Virus record (IMG/VR): IMGVR_UViG_3300033072_000683
Location: 1 to 64,000 of that record
Source: a virus
Taxonomy: Duplodnaviria; Caudoviricetes
Direction: 5' to 3' (one strand)
DNA length: 64,000 nucleotides
Below the pieces are notes generated by a model. The model saw only the letters and a program-made list of their open reading frames with translations. It was not told the DNA's origin and did no database searches. Position 1 is the stretch's first letter; every line of letters begins with the position of its first letter. The translations under genes were made by a program, and so were the position numbers. Shown piece by piece: positions 28,861 to 37,930 of this stretch.

Positions 28861-29360
28861 ATATTCTTACAAACGAAAACCGAGCGTACAACCTTGATAA
28901 GATTCCCGACGAAGTTGAGGATATCAGATATTGTGTGCTTGATTATTCAGATCCAAAAAATCCAGATTATTTCTTTATCCCGTTAATTTTCTTGGAGAGT
29001 TTTCACGCCCCAGCAGTAGTTTTGCGAGTAGGTGAATACACAGTACAGATGCCGCTCGATTGGTCTATTCTTGTGTGCGATGAAGATTACAGTGACCTTG
29101 AAGTTATGCCACTTACAAGTTTGAACGATCGTGGATTTTATACTATGGCGTTCAATCCACTAAGACACATGGTACCAAGACCTCAAGAAGTTTATATCAC
29201 AAATGTTTATCAAGATGTGAAATGGTTTTTCCCTAAGCTAAAGAACGGCAACATCTTGGTAGTACCTGTAGAAGACAAGCCACATCCAAATTGTGTACTC
29301 TTCGTTAAGGAAGTGAGCAAATTGCCTGATGTAATTGATATTGGAGCACTCTTTGAGTAA
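28857..29360 (+). CDS. Conserved-type hypothetical protein
   Basis: 167-aa coupled ORF. Confidence 0.75.
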   Translation: MNILTNENRAYNLDKIPDEVEDIRYCVLDYSDPKNPDYFFIPLIFLESFHAPAVVLRVGEYTVQMPLDWSILVCDEDYSDLEVMPLTSLNDRGFYTMAFNPLRHMVPRPQEVYITNVYQDVKWFFPKLKNGNILVVPVEDKPHPNCVLFVKEVSKLPDVIDIGALFE

Positions 29361-29907
29361 TTGGGTCGAAGACTTCTTTGCACTAAATCCTGACGCAGTT
29401 AAGGAAGAAGTTGATACAAAGAAGAAGAAAAAGGAAAGCACGCTAGGACTCGATAGAGAACTGCCTGCTATGGATTTCAGAAATCTAGAATTCTATGATA
29501 GTTTAACTCCCGAAGAAAAGAAAGAAATCAGCCTTTGGGTTCTAATGCGATTTATGAGTTCATCTCAAGGTGATGCAATTCATCATCTGACAATGGTGAA
29601 TGAGTTAGTCAACATGGACTTTAATGTTATTTCGAAGCATCCAGAATTACAATGGAAATTACTTGCTATCTGTGGCACTAAGCGTAAGCAATATCATCCT
29701 TGGATTGCGCCACCGAAGGGCGTGAAGAAGAACAGGCTCGAAGAAGCAGTTCTTTCGCATTATCCGTTAATGAAAGATGATGAGCTAGAGCTCTTCTTGC
29801 AAGTAAATACCAAGCAAGAGTTAGAAGAATTTTTCAAAGATAACGGCTATGACGACAAGGCAATCAAAGAATTATTTAAGAGTGGCGGTTCTAACAGGGG
29901 GGTTTGA
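29353..29907 (+). CDS. Clamp loader small subunit (gp62-like)
   Basis: SLWVLMRFMSS, VNELVN, KHPELQWKLL, KQYHPWI; TTG start after GGAG. Confidence 0.65.
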   Translation: MSNWVEDFFALNPDAVKEEVDTKKKKKESTLGLDRELPAMDFRNLEFYDSLTPEEKKEISLWVLMRFMSSSQGDAIHHLTMVNELVNMDFNVISKHPELQWKLLAICGTKRKQYHPWIAPPKGVKKNRLEEAVLSHYPLMKDDELELFLQVNTKQELEEFFKDNGYDDKAIKELFKSGGSNRGV

Positions 29908-30316
29908 TCCTGTTACTCCGGGACATATAGAATATTTCAAAGATGCATCTGCAATCGCAGATGTTGTCCTTGTTTTTGCAAATTCAGATGCATGGCTTAC
30001 TCGAAAAAAGGGTAAGCCATTTATGCAACAACCAGCAAGAATTGCTATTCTTGAGTCAATCAAGTATATTACAGCAGTCCTGCCTTTGACCGAGGTAGAC
30101 GATGCTGATAACACATCTAATTCAGCCATCAAAATTTCTAGAATGATGTATCCCGATGCAAGGATACTATTCATGAATGGTGGTGATAGAAATGCCGGAA
30201 ATATCCCGGAAAGTGAAACAGCAGAAGCTTTTAACGTCGAGTTACTTTTTGGTGTAGGTGGAACAGATAAGAGATATTCTAGTTCCTGGTTTCTGAGAGA
30301 TTGGAAAAATGCATAA
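29849..30316 (+). CDS. Cytidyltransferase-like (HIGH superfamily; RfaE/TagD-type)
   Basis: TGGFDPVTPGH, NSDAWLTRKKGKPF, NGGDR, YSSSW. Confidence 0.85.
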   Translation: MTTRQSKNYLRVAVLTGGFDPVTPGHIEYFKDASAIADVVLVFANSDAWLTRKKGKPFMQQPARIAILESIKYITAVLPLTEVDDADNTSNSAIKISRMMYPDARILFMNGGDRNAGNIPESETAEAFNVELLFGVGGTDKRYSSSWFLRDWKNA

Positions 30317-30653
30317 GGTAAAAAGACGTTGGGGTTCTTACGAAGTATTGGCAACGAAAGAAGGTTGTCTTATTAAGGAACTCATTATTGAACCGGGAAA
30401 GAGTATTAGCCTGCAATATCACAATTACAGGGATGAGCATTGGGTAATACGTTCCGGGGTAGGTGCTGTACGAGTCGGTGAAAATATAATCAGAGCCGAA
30501 GCAGGATCGACGTTTTCAATCAAGGCAGGACAGATACATAAGATACTAAATATTGGCCTAGAAGAACTTGTTTTGATAGAGGTACAACTTGGTAAAACCC
30601 TCAGCGAAGATGACATTATTAGACTCGAAGAAATCGATGAAACAAGATTATGA
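30309..30653 (+). CDS. Mannose-6-phosphate isomerase type II-like cupin
   Basis: RRWGSYEVL, PGKSISLQYHNYRDEHW, IEVQLG, EDDIIRLE. Confidence 0.88.
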   Translation: MHKVKRRWGSYEVLATKEGCLIKELIIEPGKSISLQYHNYRDEHWVIRSGVGAVRVGENIIRAEAGSTFSIKAGQIHKILNIGLEELVLIEVQLGKTLSEDDIIRLEEIDETRL

Positions 30654-31317
30654 GTGCAAATTTTGTGGCGTAAGATTTCATAAAGAGTCAACATTAACCA
30701 CGCATATGTGCGTCAAGAAAAGACGCCATGCAGATCTTAATTCGACAGGTTCTAGACTTGGGTTTAGAACCTTTCAGCGTTTTTACGAAAAAGCAACAAA
30801 TTCAAAAACTCTAAAGACAACTGATGATTTCATTAACAGCACATATTACATTGATTTTGTGAAGTTCGGAAATCACCTTGCACTTCTGAAACCAGTTCAT
30901 ACTGAAAAGTATATTGACTTTGTTATCATGAATGGTGTAAAGTTAAAGGACTGGACAAAAGATTTTGTATATGAAACTTACATTGAGGACCTGGTAATGA
31001 AGGAGCCCGCTGTAAGTGCTACCGAAAGAACAATTGAAGAAATTATTGCTTGGTGCAGTGAAAACAAAGTCGAGTTTAAGGATTTCTTCGGCAAGGTAAA
31101 TCCAAACGAAGCGGCATATCTTATTAAGACTGGAAAAATTAGTCCTTGGGTGTTATATCTTTCCAGCACCGGCGATGATCTAATGACACGGTTTAACGGA
31201 GATCACGCCAAAATGATTGGTACGATCATTGATCCGGGAAACTGGATGAGAAAATTTAAGAAACAAGAAGATGATGTTTCTTACATTAAAGAAATACTTG
31301 AGCAGGCCGGATTATGA
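30637..31317 (+). CDS. Hypothetical protein with N-terminal Zn finger
   Basis: YECKFCGVRFHKESTLTTHMC. Confidence 0.75.
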   Translation: MKQDYECKFCGVRFHKESTLTTHMCVKKRRHADLNSTGSRLGFRTFQRFYEKATNSKTLKTTDDFINSTYYIDFVKFGNHLALLKPVHTEKYIDFVIMNGVKLKDWTKDFVYETYIEDLVMKEPAVSATERTIEEIIAWCSENKVEFKDFFGKVNPNEAAYLIKTGKISPWVLYLSSTGDDLMTRFNGDHAKMIGTIIDPGNWMRKFKKQEDDVSYIKEILEQAGL

Positions 31318-31505
31318 TAGTAGTAGATCTGCTAGAATGGAATCTAAATGTTCCTATGTATTCGAAATGGTGCAATGAGAACAAAGTCCCTGTACTTCGA
31401 GTTTCGATGACAAAGTACAGAATGAAAGAATCTGATTATGTATTCTTTAAGATGAAATTTACTAAATCGGATTACAGTAAATTTAGAGTTTCATGCGATG
31501 AATGA
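31314..31505 (+). CDS. Hypothetical protein
   Basis: Coupled 63-aa ORF. Confidence 0.5.
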   Translation: MIVVDLLEWNLNVPMYSKWCNENKVPVLRVSMTKYRMKESDYVFFKMKFTKSDYSKFRVSCDE

Positions 31506-31804
31506 AAGACATATGTGTAAAACTTCTCAGTAAACATCCGTCGTGGAGTCCTAAGTACGACGAACAGATACAAGAATACAAATTGTGGATGAAGGAGCAT
31601 CTTCCGGATGGTTCGTATTACATTCCGAGGAGAAAAGAACCTATAGTCTTTTTCCTAGAAGAACAAGATCTTATGTTGTTCACCATGTATTTTAGTAGAA
31701 GTTCATATCAACGCATAGGCAATGCCATAGACATGTCACGTGTTGAAAAAATGTTAATAAGAGAAGTTCTTCTAGAAAGACAAAATGAAAAAAGTAACAA
31801 CTGA
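31502..31804 (+). CDS. Hypothetical protein
   Basis: Coupled 100-aa ORF. Confidence 0.55.
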   Translation: MKDICVKLLSKHPSWSPKYDEQIQEYKLWMKEHLPDGSYYIPRRKEPIVFFLEEQDLMLFTMYFSRSSYQRIGNAIDMSRVEKMLIREVLLERQNEKSNN

Positions 31805-32375
31805 TGTCGATATTGACTGCTTTGGTAGAGATAACATTCTGTCCGGAATGGAATCCATCTTTGGCAGAATTGATCGACCAGATGGAAGAGTGGAGAAGCA
31901 TCCAACTGGGGTTTACTTCCAAAATATTCCTCGCGACCCTGTTACTAACATGTCCACTCTTGATCACCGTATTGCTAATGATTATGGATACTTCAAGATA
32001 GACTTTCTGAATGTCAACATGTATGAAAAAATTCGTGACGAAAATCATTTGTTGGCATTATTGAATACTGAACCGCCCTGGGATTTCTTCCAGTACGAGG
32101 AAGTAACAGAACAGTTATTTCACCTCAAAGGGCATTCCGATTTACTGAAAAGATATAAGCCGCAGTCTGTAGAAGACTTGGCTATGATTCTTGCTATTGT
32201 TCGTCCTGCAAAGGCATACCTGCAAAGGCATGATTGGGACAGAATTAGGAAAGAGGTCTGGGTAAAGGAGGTAGGTGAGGAAGCCTATCAGTTTAAAAGA
32301 TCTCACGCAATCAGCTATGCACTAGCTATCATTGTGAATCTTAATTTACTGATAGAAGAATTAGCTAAGGATTAA
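31785..32375 (+). CDS. Miniature DnaE (Pol III alpha, family C) palm-like protein
   Basis: TDVDID, KHPTGVYF, GYFKIDFLNV, LAMILAIVRP, YQFKRSHAISYA in only 196 aa. Confidence 0.8.
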   Translation: MKKVTTDVDIDCFGRDNILSGMESIFGRIDRPDGRVEKHPTGVYFQNIPRDPVTNMSTLDHRIANDYGYFKIDFLNVNMYEKIRDENHLLALLNTEPPWDFFQYEEVTEQLFHLKGHSDLLKRYKPQSVEDLAMILAIVRPAKAYLQRHDWDRIRKEVWVKEVGEEAYQFKRSHAISYALAIIVNLNLLIEELAKD

Positions 32376-32743
32376 TCCTGCTTTCTTACCAACTGAATCT
32401 GGCGCTTTTTGATTCTCTTCTTCATTATGTTGTTCAGGCTTGTCACTGAACCAAACATAATCTCGACGTCCTTATTAACGATGGTTTTTAGGCAATAGCG
32501 AAATGGAATCATTTGGCCTTGCATAAAAATGTTAATAGGTAGAAGTCTATTACTTTCCCACCACCAGGTTTCCCCGTGTTCAAGGAAAAGCATTTTTTCA
32601 TCCTGTGAACGGATGGAATCGTAATCGTAGAAGCTTATGATTCTGTCATCAGAATTCTGGATTATCCCGATATACTCGTGATTTTGAAACCGAATTCCGG
32701 TCAGAAAGGGGAATTTTTCGTTAATGTCGTCTAGATTAAACAT
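32372..32743 (-). CDS. Late hypothetical protein
   Basis: 123-aa ORF; TATAAATA on minus strand at 32751-32758. Confidence 0.75.
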   Translation of the reverse strand: MFNLDDINEKFPFLTGIRFQNHEYIGIIQNSDDRIISFYDYDSIRSQDEKMLFLEHGETWWWESNRLLPINIFMQGQMIPFRYCLKTIVNKDVEIMFGSVTSLNNIMKKRIKKRQIQLVRKQD

Positions 32744-32750
32744 ACCGTGT

Positions 32751-32806
32751 TATTTATACTCTTTCGCCGTGGCTGGAACTTTTTTTGGTGCTTTGGGTGA
32801 TAAATA
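32751..32806. promoter_or_regulatory. Divergent late promoters (TATAAATA minus, GATAAATA plus at 32799-32806)
   Basis: Two octamers 40 nt apart facing away from each other. Confidence 0.65.
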
Positions 32807-32824
32807 CAAGAAAGGCAGGTTAAA

Positions 32825-33694
32825 ATGGACGTAACTTTTCACAAATTGTATCTTTATGACCACGTAAGGGAACTACTTCTGGTAGGTGATACATTCTGCC
32901 CATGTAAGGATAATGGACCTATGCACAAAAATCCGATAAAGGCACATAAGGGCGTTGATAACAAGATTATTTTCAGGGCCCTTCAACCAGATAGATCGCC
33001 AGCCACTGTTGATTGCGATCAACAAATTTATGCACGAATTGTCGATCCTAAAAATAGAAAGATTGTCCTAGAAAAACTTTGCCGCCTAGGCCCTGCAAAA
33101 GGGTTGATTACGTTGATTCTTGACGAGGGCGACATTGTTGATGTTCATGCCGGTCTTTACGAAATGGTTCTAATTAGAACAGAAAATTTCGTAGCAGGTG
33201 TAAATGATTATATTGTACAGAAGCCATTGTACTCGGACATGTACGATAATATTTCAATGGAAATTGAAATAACTGAGCAAGCATTCAAAGCTCCTTTGCA
33301 GCCTTTTGTTTTGAATCCCGAAGACTGGACATCAGACATTCTTATCCCTACTTTTGGTCCACCTACACCTTGCTTCTATTCGCCTCGAATTCCCGGTGCA
33401 AGAGTACAGAACCATAAGGAATCGGTGCATACCTTCTCGACCTACACTCAAAACTTTACGGGTGTTCTCGAGATTTGGGGTTCTCTCGAAGAGACTCCGG
33501 ATCCATATCTTAACCATGCAAGATGGTTCAAGATTTTTCCATCTACAATGTCTACAGATATTCAATTCTTTGCCTATACAGGTACACAGGCATGGACATT
33601 CTCTGCAGACTTCATGTGGTTGAAATTTAGATATTTCCCATCGACCGAAGTCCTTGATCCGGGCATTATGAAGAAGTTAATTGTTCGAACATAA
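32825..33694 (+). CDS. Putative virion structural protein
   Basis: Late promoter; beta-rich; IKAHKGVDNKIIF. Confidence 0.65.
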   Translation: MDVTFHKLYLYDHVRELLLVGDTFCPCKDNGPMHKNPIKAHKGVDNKIIFRALQPDRSPATVDCDQQIYARIVDPKNRKIVLEKLCRLGPAKGLITLILDEGDIVDVHAGLYEMVLIRTENFVAGVNDYIVQKPLYSDMYDNISMEIEITEQAFKAPLQPFVLNPEDWTSDILIPTFGPPTPCFYSPRIPGARVQNHKESVHTFSTYTQNFTGVLEIWGSLEETPDPYLNHARWFKIFPSTMSTDIQFFAYTGTQAWTFSADFMWLKFRYFPSTEVLDPGIMKKLIVRT

Positions 33695-33695
33695 T

Positions 33696-33724
33696 TTGAT
33701 TTTCGCTAGAGAATCTGTTATTAT
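33696..33724 (+). promoter_or_regulatory. sigma70-type promoter for primase
   Basis: TTGATT-N17-TATTAT. Confidence 0.55.
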
Positions 33725-33730
33725 TGTTCA

Positions 33731-34795
33731 ATGATCATAGATGCCCTTAAAGATGCCATTCTTGCAAATATAGGAACGCTGAAGCAAGCCCCCAAAGGCT
33801 GGCATAAGCGCCATTGCATGCTGTGTCACACACAAGGACATGGCAGAGATACAAGAAATCGTTTTGGCATTCAATTTAATCCTAACTCTATTGCAGTGAA
33901 TTGCTTTAACTGCGGATTTTCTGCTGGTTACACTGAAGGCAAAGAGTTGTCGAATGGCTTTAAGTTTTTCCTAAAACAAATCAATATTGATGATAAATTT
34001 ATCAAGCAAATTGAATTTGAAATCTTCAAGCATACGAAAGACATTAAGGTAGTAAGGGAAGGTGACGAAGAGACCGCAGCAGATAGAGAGGCAAAATTAA
34101 AATCTCTCTTTCAGAAATGGAAACCAATAGATCTTCCAGAGGATTCGTTACCTGTAACACAATGGCTTGAATATGGACTCGATGATCCCGATTTTATGCG
34201 TGTGGTTGAGTATGCTCTCAGCAGAAAATTGTACGATCTTGAAAATTTCTATTGGTCGCCTTCAAAGCTATTCCAGGTAAATCAGCGTTTGATTATTCCG
34301 TATTTTTACCGTGGTAAAATTGTCGGATTTACCGCAAGATTGTCATACGACACAGATGGCAAGAGCATACCAAAATACTATCAGCAATGCCCGACAGATT
34401 TTGTCTATAACCTAGACAATCAACAAGATTGGTCGCGTAAATACGTTATCGTCACAGAAGGTGTCCTTGATGGATACACTGTTGATGGTGTAAGTACGCT
34501 GGGCGAAATAGGTCAAGCGAAAGTAGATATTATCAACAGGTTACAAAAACAGGTTATAGTTTGCCCTGACAGAGACAAGAAGGGGTGGGACCTTGTTGAG
34601 GTAGCAATAGAAAACAATTGGGCTGTATCTTTTCCTAGGTGGGATTCGAACATCAAAGATGCGGCCAAGGCGGCCGAAAAGTACGGACGTCTTTTAACCA
34701 CGTATTCCATTATCTCTTCAGCTGTTCATGGAAGAGACAAGATAACGTTAAAATGGAAAATGGAGCAGAATGAGCGATCAAGAAAACGCCAGTGA
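33731..34795 (+). CDS. DNA primase (Zn-binding + TOPRIM)
   Basis: CMLC...NCFNC, IVGFTAR, VIVTEGVLD, PDRDKKG, KDAAKA. Confidence 0.88.
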   Translation: MIIDALKDAILANIGTLKQAPKGWHKRHCMLCHTQGHGRDTRNRFGIQFNPNSIAVNCFNCGFSAGYTEGKELSNGFKFFLKQINIDDKFIKQIEFEIFKHTKDIKVVREGDEETAADREAKLKSLFQKWKPIDLPEDSLPVTQWLEYGLDDPDFMRVVEYALSRKLYDLENFYWSPSKLFQVNQRLIIPYFYRGKIVGFTARLSYDTDGKSIPKYYQQCPTDFVYNLDNQQDWSRKYVIVTEGVLDGYTVDGVSTLGEIGQAKVDIINRLQKQVIVCPDRDKKGWDLVEVAIENNWAVSFPRWDSNIKDAAKAAEKYGRLLTTYSIISSAVHGRDKITLKWKMEQNERSRKRQ

Positions 34796-36215
34796 AATTA
34801 GCGATTACACAAAGGATATCGAAGACTTGTTTATCAATTTTATGGTAAGCAAGCCGGATCTCTTTGTCCGCTGCAAGGGTATTCTGAAGTCGGGTTATTT
34901 TGACGATAAGCAAAATAAGGATACTATTGCTTTCGTCGAAAATTATAGCACTGATTTTACAAATATTCCGTCATTAGAACAGATCAAGGCAGTGACAGGT
35001 AAAGATATTTTCCTGATGCCGCTCGAGGCTGAAAAACATGATCAATGGTTTCTGAGAGAATTTGAAAGATTTTGCCGCCATAAGGCATTGAGAGATGCAA
35101 TTCTGGCATCTCCTGATTTGTTAGATAAGGGTCGATATGGCGAAGTTGAAGCGACTATTAAGGCGGCGGTACAGATCGCCTTGGTTAAAGACCTTGGGAC
35201 GGACTATTATGCAAATCCCAAGGAGCGTCTTGAAGCAATCCGCCAGGGCAAAGGTCAGGTATCGACGGGCTGGAAAACAGTAGATGAAAAACTCTACGGT
35301 GGTCTGAACAGAGGAGAAATTACAATCTTCGCTGGACAGTCGGGTGCAGGTAAATCTTTGTTCTTGCAGAATATGGCTGTAAGCTGGGCACAGGCTGGAT
35401 TGAATGTAGTTTATCTATCCCTAGAACTTAGCGAAAAGCTCTGTGCTATGCGTATCGACGCAATGCACACTGGCTATGAGACCCGAGAGGTTATGAAGAA
35501 CATCGACGATGTTCACATGAAGATTAGGGCGTCTCAGCAGAAAACACAAGGCATGCTTCGTATCAAGCAATTGCCAAACGGATGTACTGCCAACGATATT
35601 AGAGCGTACATTAAAGAATACGAAATTCATATTGGACGAAAAGTTGACGCTATTCTTGTTGACTATTTGGACTTGATGTTTCCTATGTCCAAGAAGATTT
35701 CAGCGGAAAACCTGTTCGTTAAGGACAAATATGTAACTGAAGAATTGCGTAACCTAGCAGTTGAACTTGATATTCTTTGCGTATCTGCTTCACAGCTGAA
35801 TCGTGGTTCTTATGAAGAAATTGAATTTGACCCAAGTCACATTGCGGGCGGTATTTCCAAGGTAAACACTGCGGATAACGTTATTGGTATTTTCACAAGT
35901 GCTGCGATGAAGGAAGGTGGTAGATACCAGATTCAGTTCATGAAGACACGTTCTAGCTCTGGTGTTGGTTCTAAGGTCGATCTAGCATTTAACAATAAGA
36001 GTTTACGTATTTCCGATCTTGATGAAAATGATGATAATGCAATTACCGCTGCAAGCAAGAATATCTATGATACTCTTAAGAAGAAAAGTGTTGTAAAGTC
36101 TGGAGAAAAACTCGATCCGCAAACAGGCGAGATTACCTCTATGACACAACAGGTGGCAAAAGTTGACCCACTTGAAGGTGCTGCCTCGCTAAGAGCCTTT
36201 CTTAAGAAAAGATAG
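34770..36215 (+). CDS. Replicative DnaB-like helicase (gp41-like)
   Basis: GQSGAGKS, LSLELSE, ILVDYLDL, SASQLNR, QFMKTRSS. Confidence 0.93.
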   Translation: MSDQENASEISDYTKDIEDLFINFMVSKPDLFVRCKGILKSGYFDDKQNKDTIAFVENYSTDFTNIPSLEQIKAVTGKDIFLMPLEAEKHDQWFLREFERFCRHKALRDAILASPDLLDKGRYGEVEATIKAAVQIALVKDLGTDYYANPKERLEAIRQGKGQVSTGWKTVDEKLYGGLNRGEITIFAGQSGAGKSLFLQNMAVSWAQAGLNVVYLSLELSEKLCAMRIDAMHTGYETREVMKNIDDVHMKIRASQQKTQGMLRIKQLPNGCTANDIRAYIKEYEIHIGRKVDAILVDYLDLMFPMSKKISAENLFVKDKYVTEELRNLAVELDILCVSASQLNRGSYEEIEFDPSHIAGGISKVNTADNVIGIFTSAAMKEGGRYQIQFMKTRSSSGVGSKVDLAFNNKSLRISDLDENDDNAITAASKNIYDTLKKKSVVKSGEKLDPQTGEITSMTQQVAKVDPLEGAASLRAFLKKR

Positions 36216-36222
36216 ATAAATA
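36215..36222 (+). promoter_or_regulatory. Late promoter GATAAATA
   Basis: Heads the 36247-40411 coupled operon. Confidence 0.65.
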
Positions 36223-36246
36223 TGTAAAAGACTTGGAGACGAGAAA

Positions 36247-36528
36247 TTGACCATTAGTCGTAGAAGTAGATCTATTCTAGAGGAAATTAGTTCCTATGTT
36301 CCTCAGAAAAGCAAGGAAGATCTGATTGAGGCAAGAGCGCAGCACATTATAGTTTCGGCTATCAATTTGCTCGAGTCCATTGACGAAACATTTACTCCTG
36401 AAGAAGCTGATGCTCTGAAGAAACGCTTCGTCTCCAGCATTCGCGGTGCTGACCCAAATCGTTTTACTAGAATGGTAAAACGTATTAAGTTGGGCGAAAG
36501 TTCGGAAGACGACAGCGATGGACAGTAA
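36247..36528 (+). CDS. Late hypothetical protein
   Basis: TTG start, GGAG SD; 93 aa. Confidence 0.7.
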   Translation: MTISRRSRSILEEISSYVPQKSKEDLIEARAQHIIVSAINLLESIDETFTPEEADALKKRFVSSIRGADPNRFTRMVKRIKLGESSEDDSDGQ

Positions 36529-37930
36529 ACAATTAATAAGACTCTGGATTCAGTACCTAAAGAGCCTGAAGATAGTAGAACTAAATTCAGGACCTGACGG
36601 TAAGCTTACCTACAACCGTCCAGTTACATTACAAGATATTGTTACCTTCCTTGAGGTAAAGACTGAATATACACTCGACGAAATTGGCGATGCTGTACGT
36701 TCGGTAATGATGAAAAGTCCTACATATGATGTTCCGCAGAATCCAGAACTAGGGCACGATAAGGATATTCCGCAAGGACAGGTAGCATTGCCCGGACAGG
36801 AAGTACCAAAGTTGCCAGGAAAGAAACCCGGCGGCGAACTCTCTACCTGGATGCACAATGACATGACACCGGGCAATCCAGAAAAGCCTAAGACACCCGG
36901 AACCGGTGTAGCAGTTAGACAGCAAGGAGGAGTGGGCCCGGCAAGACAACAGCGACCAGCAAATAATCAAGATGATAATGTTATTGATGCTGAGCCAGTA
37001 AACACCAAGGTAGGGCATGATCCTAATAGTGTCTCTGATGTTGAATACAGAGATGTTCCGCCGAAGGAAAAGAAAAAGGCCTGGTGGAAAAGAATGTTCA
37101 AGGAGGACATTACAGATAAACAGGGTCCTGGCATAGATGAAAAAGATGTTGAACAAATTTTCAATACTCTAACATCAAGTCCACCCGGAAGTTCGGCAAA
37201 GGACCAGGGAGCATCCGGAAAAGGTCAGAGAGCAACCCAATCGGCAAAAACACCGAAAGGTAAAAATCCTGCACCGGCAGCATCTCCGGAAGAGCAACAG
37301 GCCAAGAAAGAGGAAGACTTGCGTAAGCTGAAGAGGCTTATTCGTGATGTCATGACTGATCCACAGCGTAAATCCCTCTGGAGAATGCTCAAAGATGAAC
37401 CACTCACTGAAAGCGAAATTAATAAGGCTGATATTAAGGCCATTTTGCAGACAGCCAGTGATACGAGAAATAAACCATCCGGTCTTGGCAGAGTATTTAA
37501 GGGACTAAGAAAGGATAAGATCGACGTTAACGATCTTCAACAAGCTTGGAAAGAAGCCGGATTTCCGGATGACACTCGTGACATTAAAAAGTTACTATTA
37601 GGCCACGGGTTCAGCGAGGACGATATTAAGAAAGTCTTCTCCCAGGTTTTTGGCACATATAAAAGGGGTAAGGAAGAAGAGCCTGATATCCCTCAACAAA
37701 GTGCAACAATGAATAAGATTGTGCAGTATGCAAAGAGCAACAATCTTGTTCCTGATTTAATTGCTTTCCTTGAAGATGAATACGGATTTAAAGAATCCGT
37801 ACAGAGCGATAAGATGATGATTGAAGACATCAGACAATTGTTCACAGCCATAGTCAAGGAAGAACGTTCTGGCAGAGCTGAACTCATTAAGAAATATGAT
37901 AGAGATCAACTCGGCAGAACAAAGAAATGA
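36518..37930 (+). CDS. Late hypothetical protein with long low-complexity linkers
   Basis: 470-aa ORF overlapping both neighbours. Confidence 0.75.
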   Translation: MDSKQLIRLWIQYLKSLKIVELNSGPDGKLTYNRPVTLQDIVTFLEVKTEYTLDEIGDAVRSVMMKSPTYDVPQNPELGHDKDIPQGQVALPGQEVPKLPGKKPGGELSTWMHNDMTPGNPEKPKTPGTGVAVRQQGGVGPARQQRPANNQDDNVIDAEPVNTKVGHDPNSVSDVEYRDVPPKEKKKAWWKRMFKEDITDKQGPGIDEKDVEQIFNTLTSSPPGSSAKDQGASGKGQRATQSAKTPKGKNPAPAASPEEQQAKKEEDLRKLKRLIRDVMTDPQRKSLWRMLKDEPLTESEINKADIKAILQTASDTRNKPSGLGRVFKGLRKDKIDVNDLQQAWKEAGFPDDTRDIKKLLLGHGFSEDDIKKVFSQVFGTYKRGKEEEPDIPQQSATMNKIVQYAKSNNLVPDLIAFLEDEYGFKESVQSDKMMIEDIRQLFTAIVKEERSGRAELIKKYDRDQLGRTKK

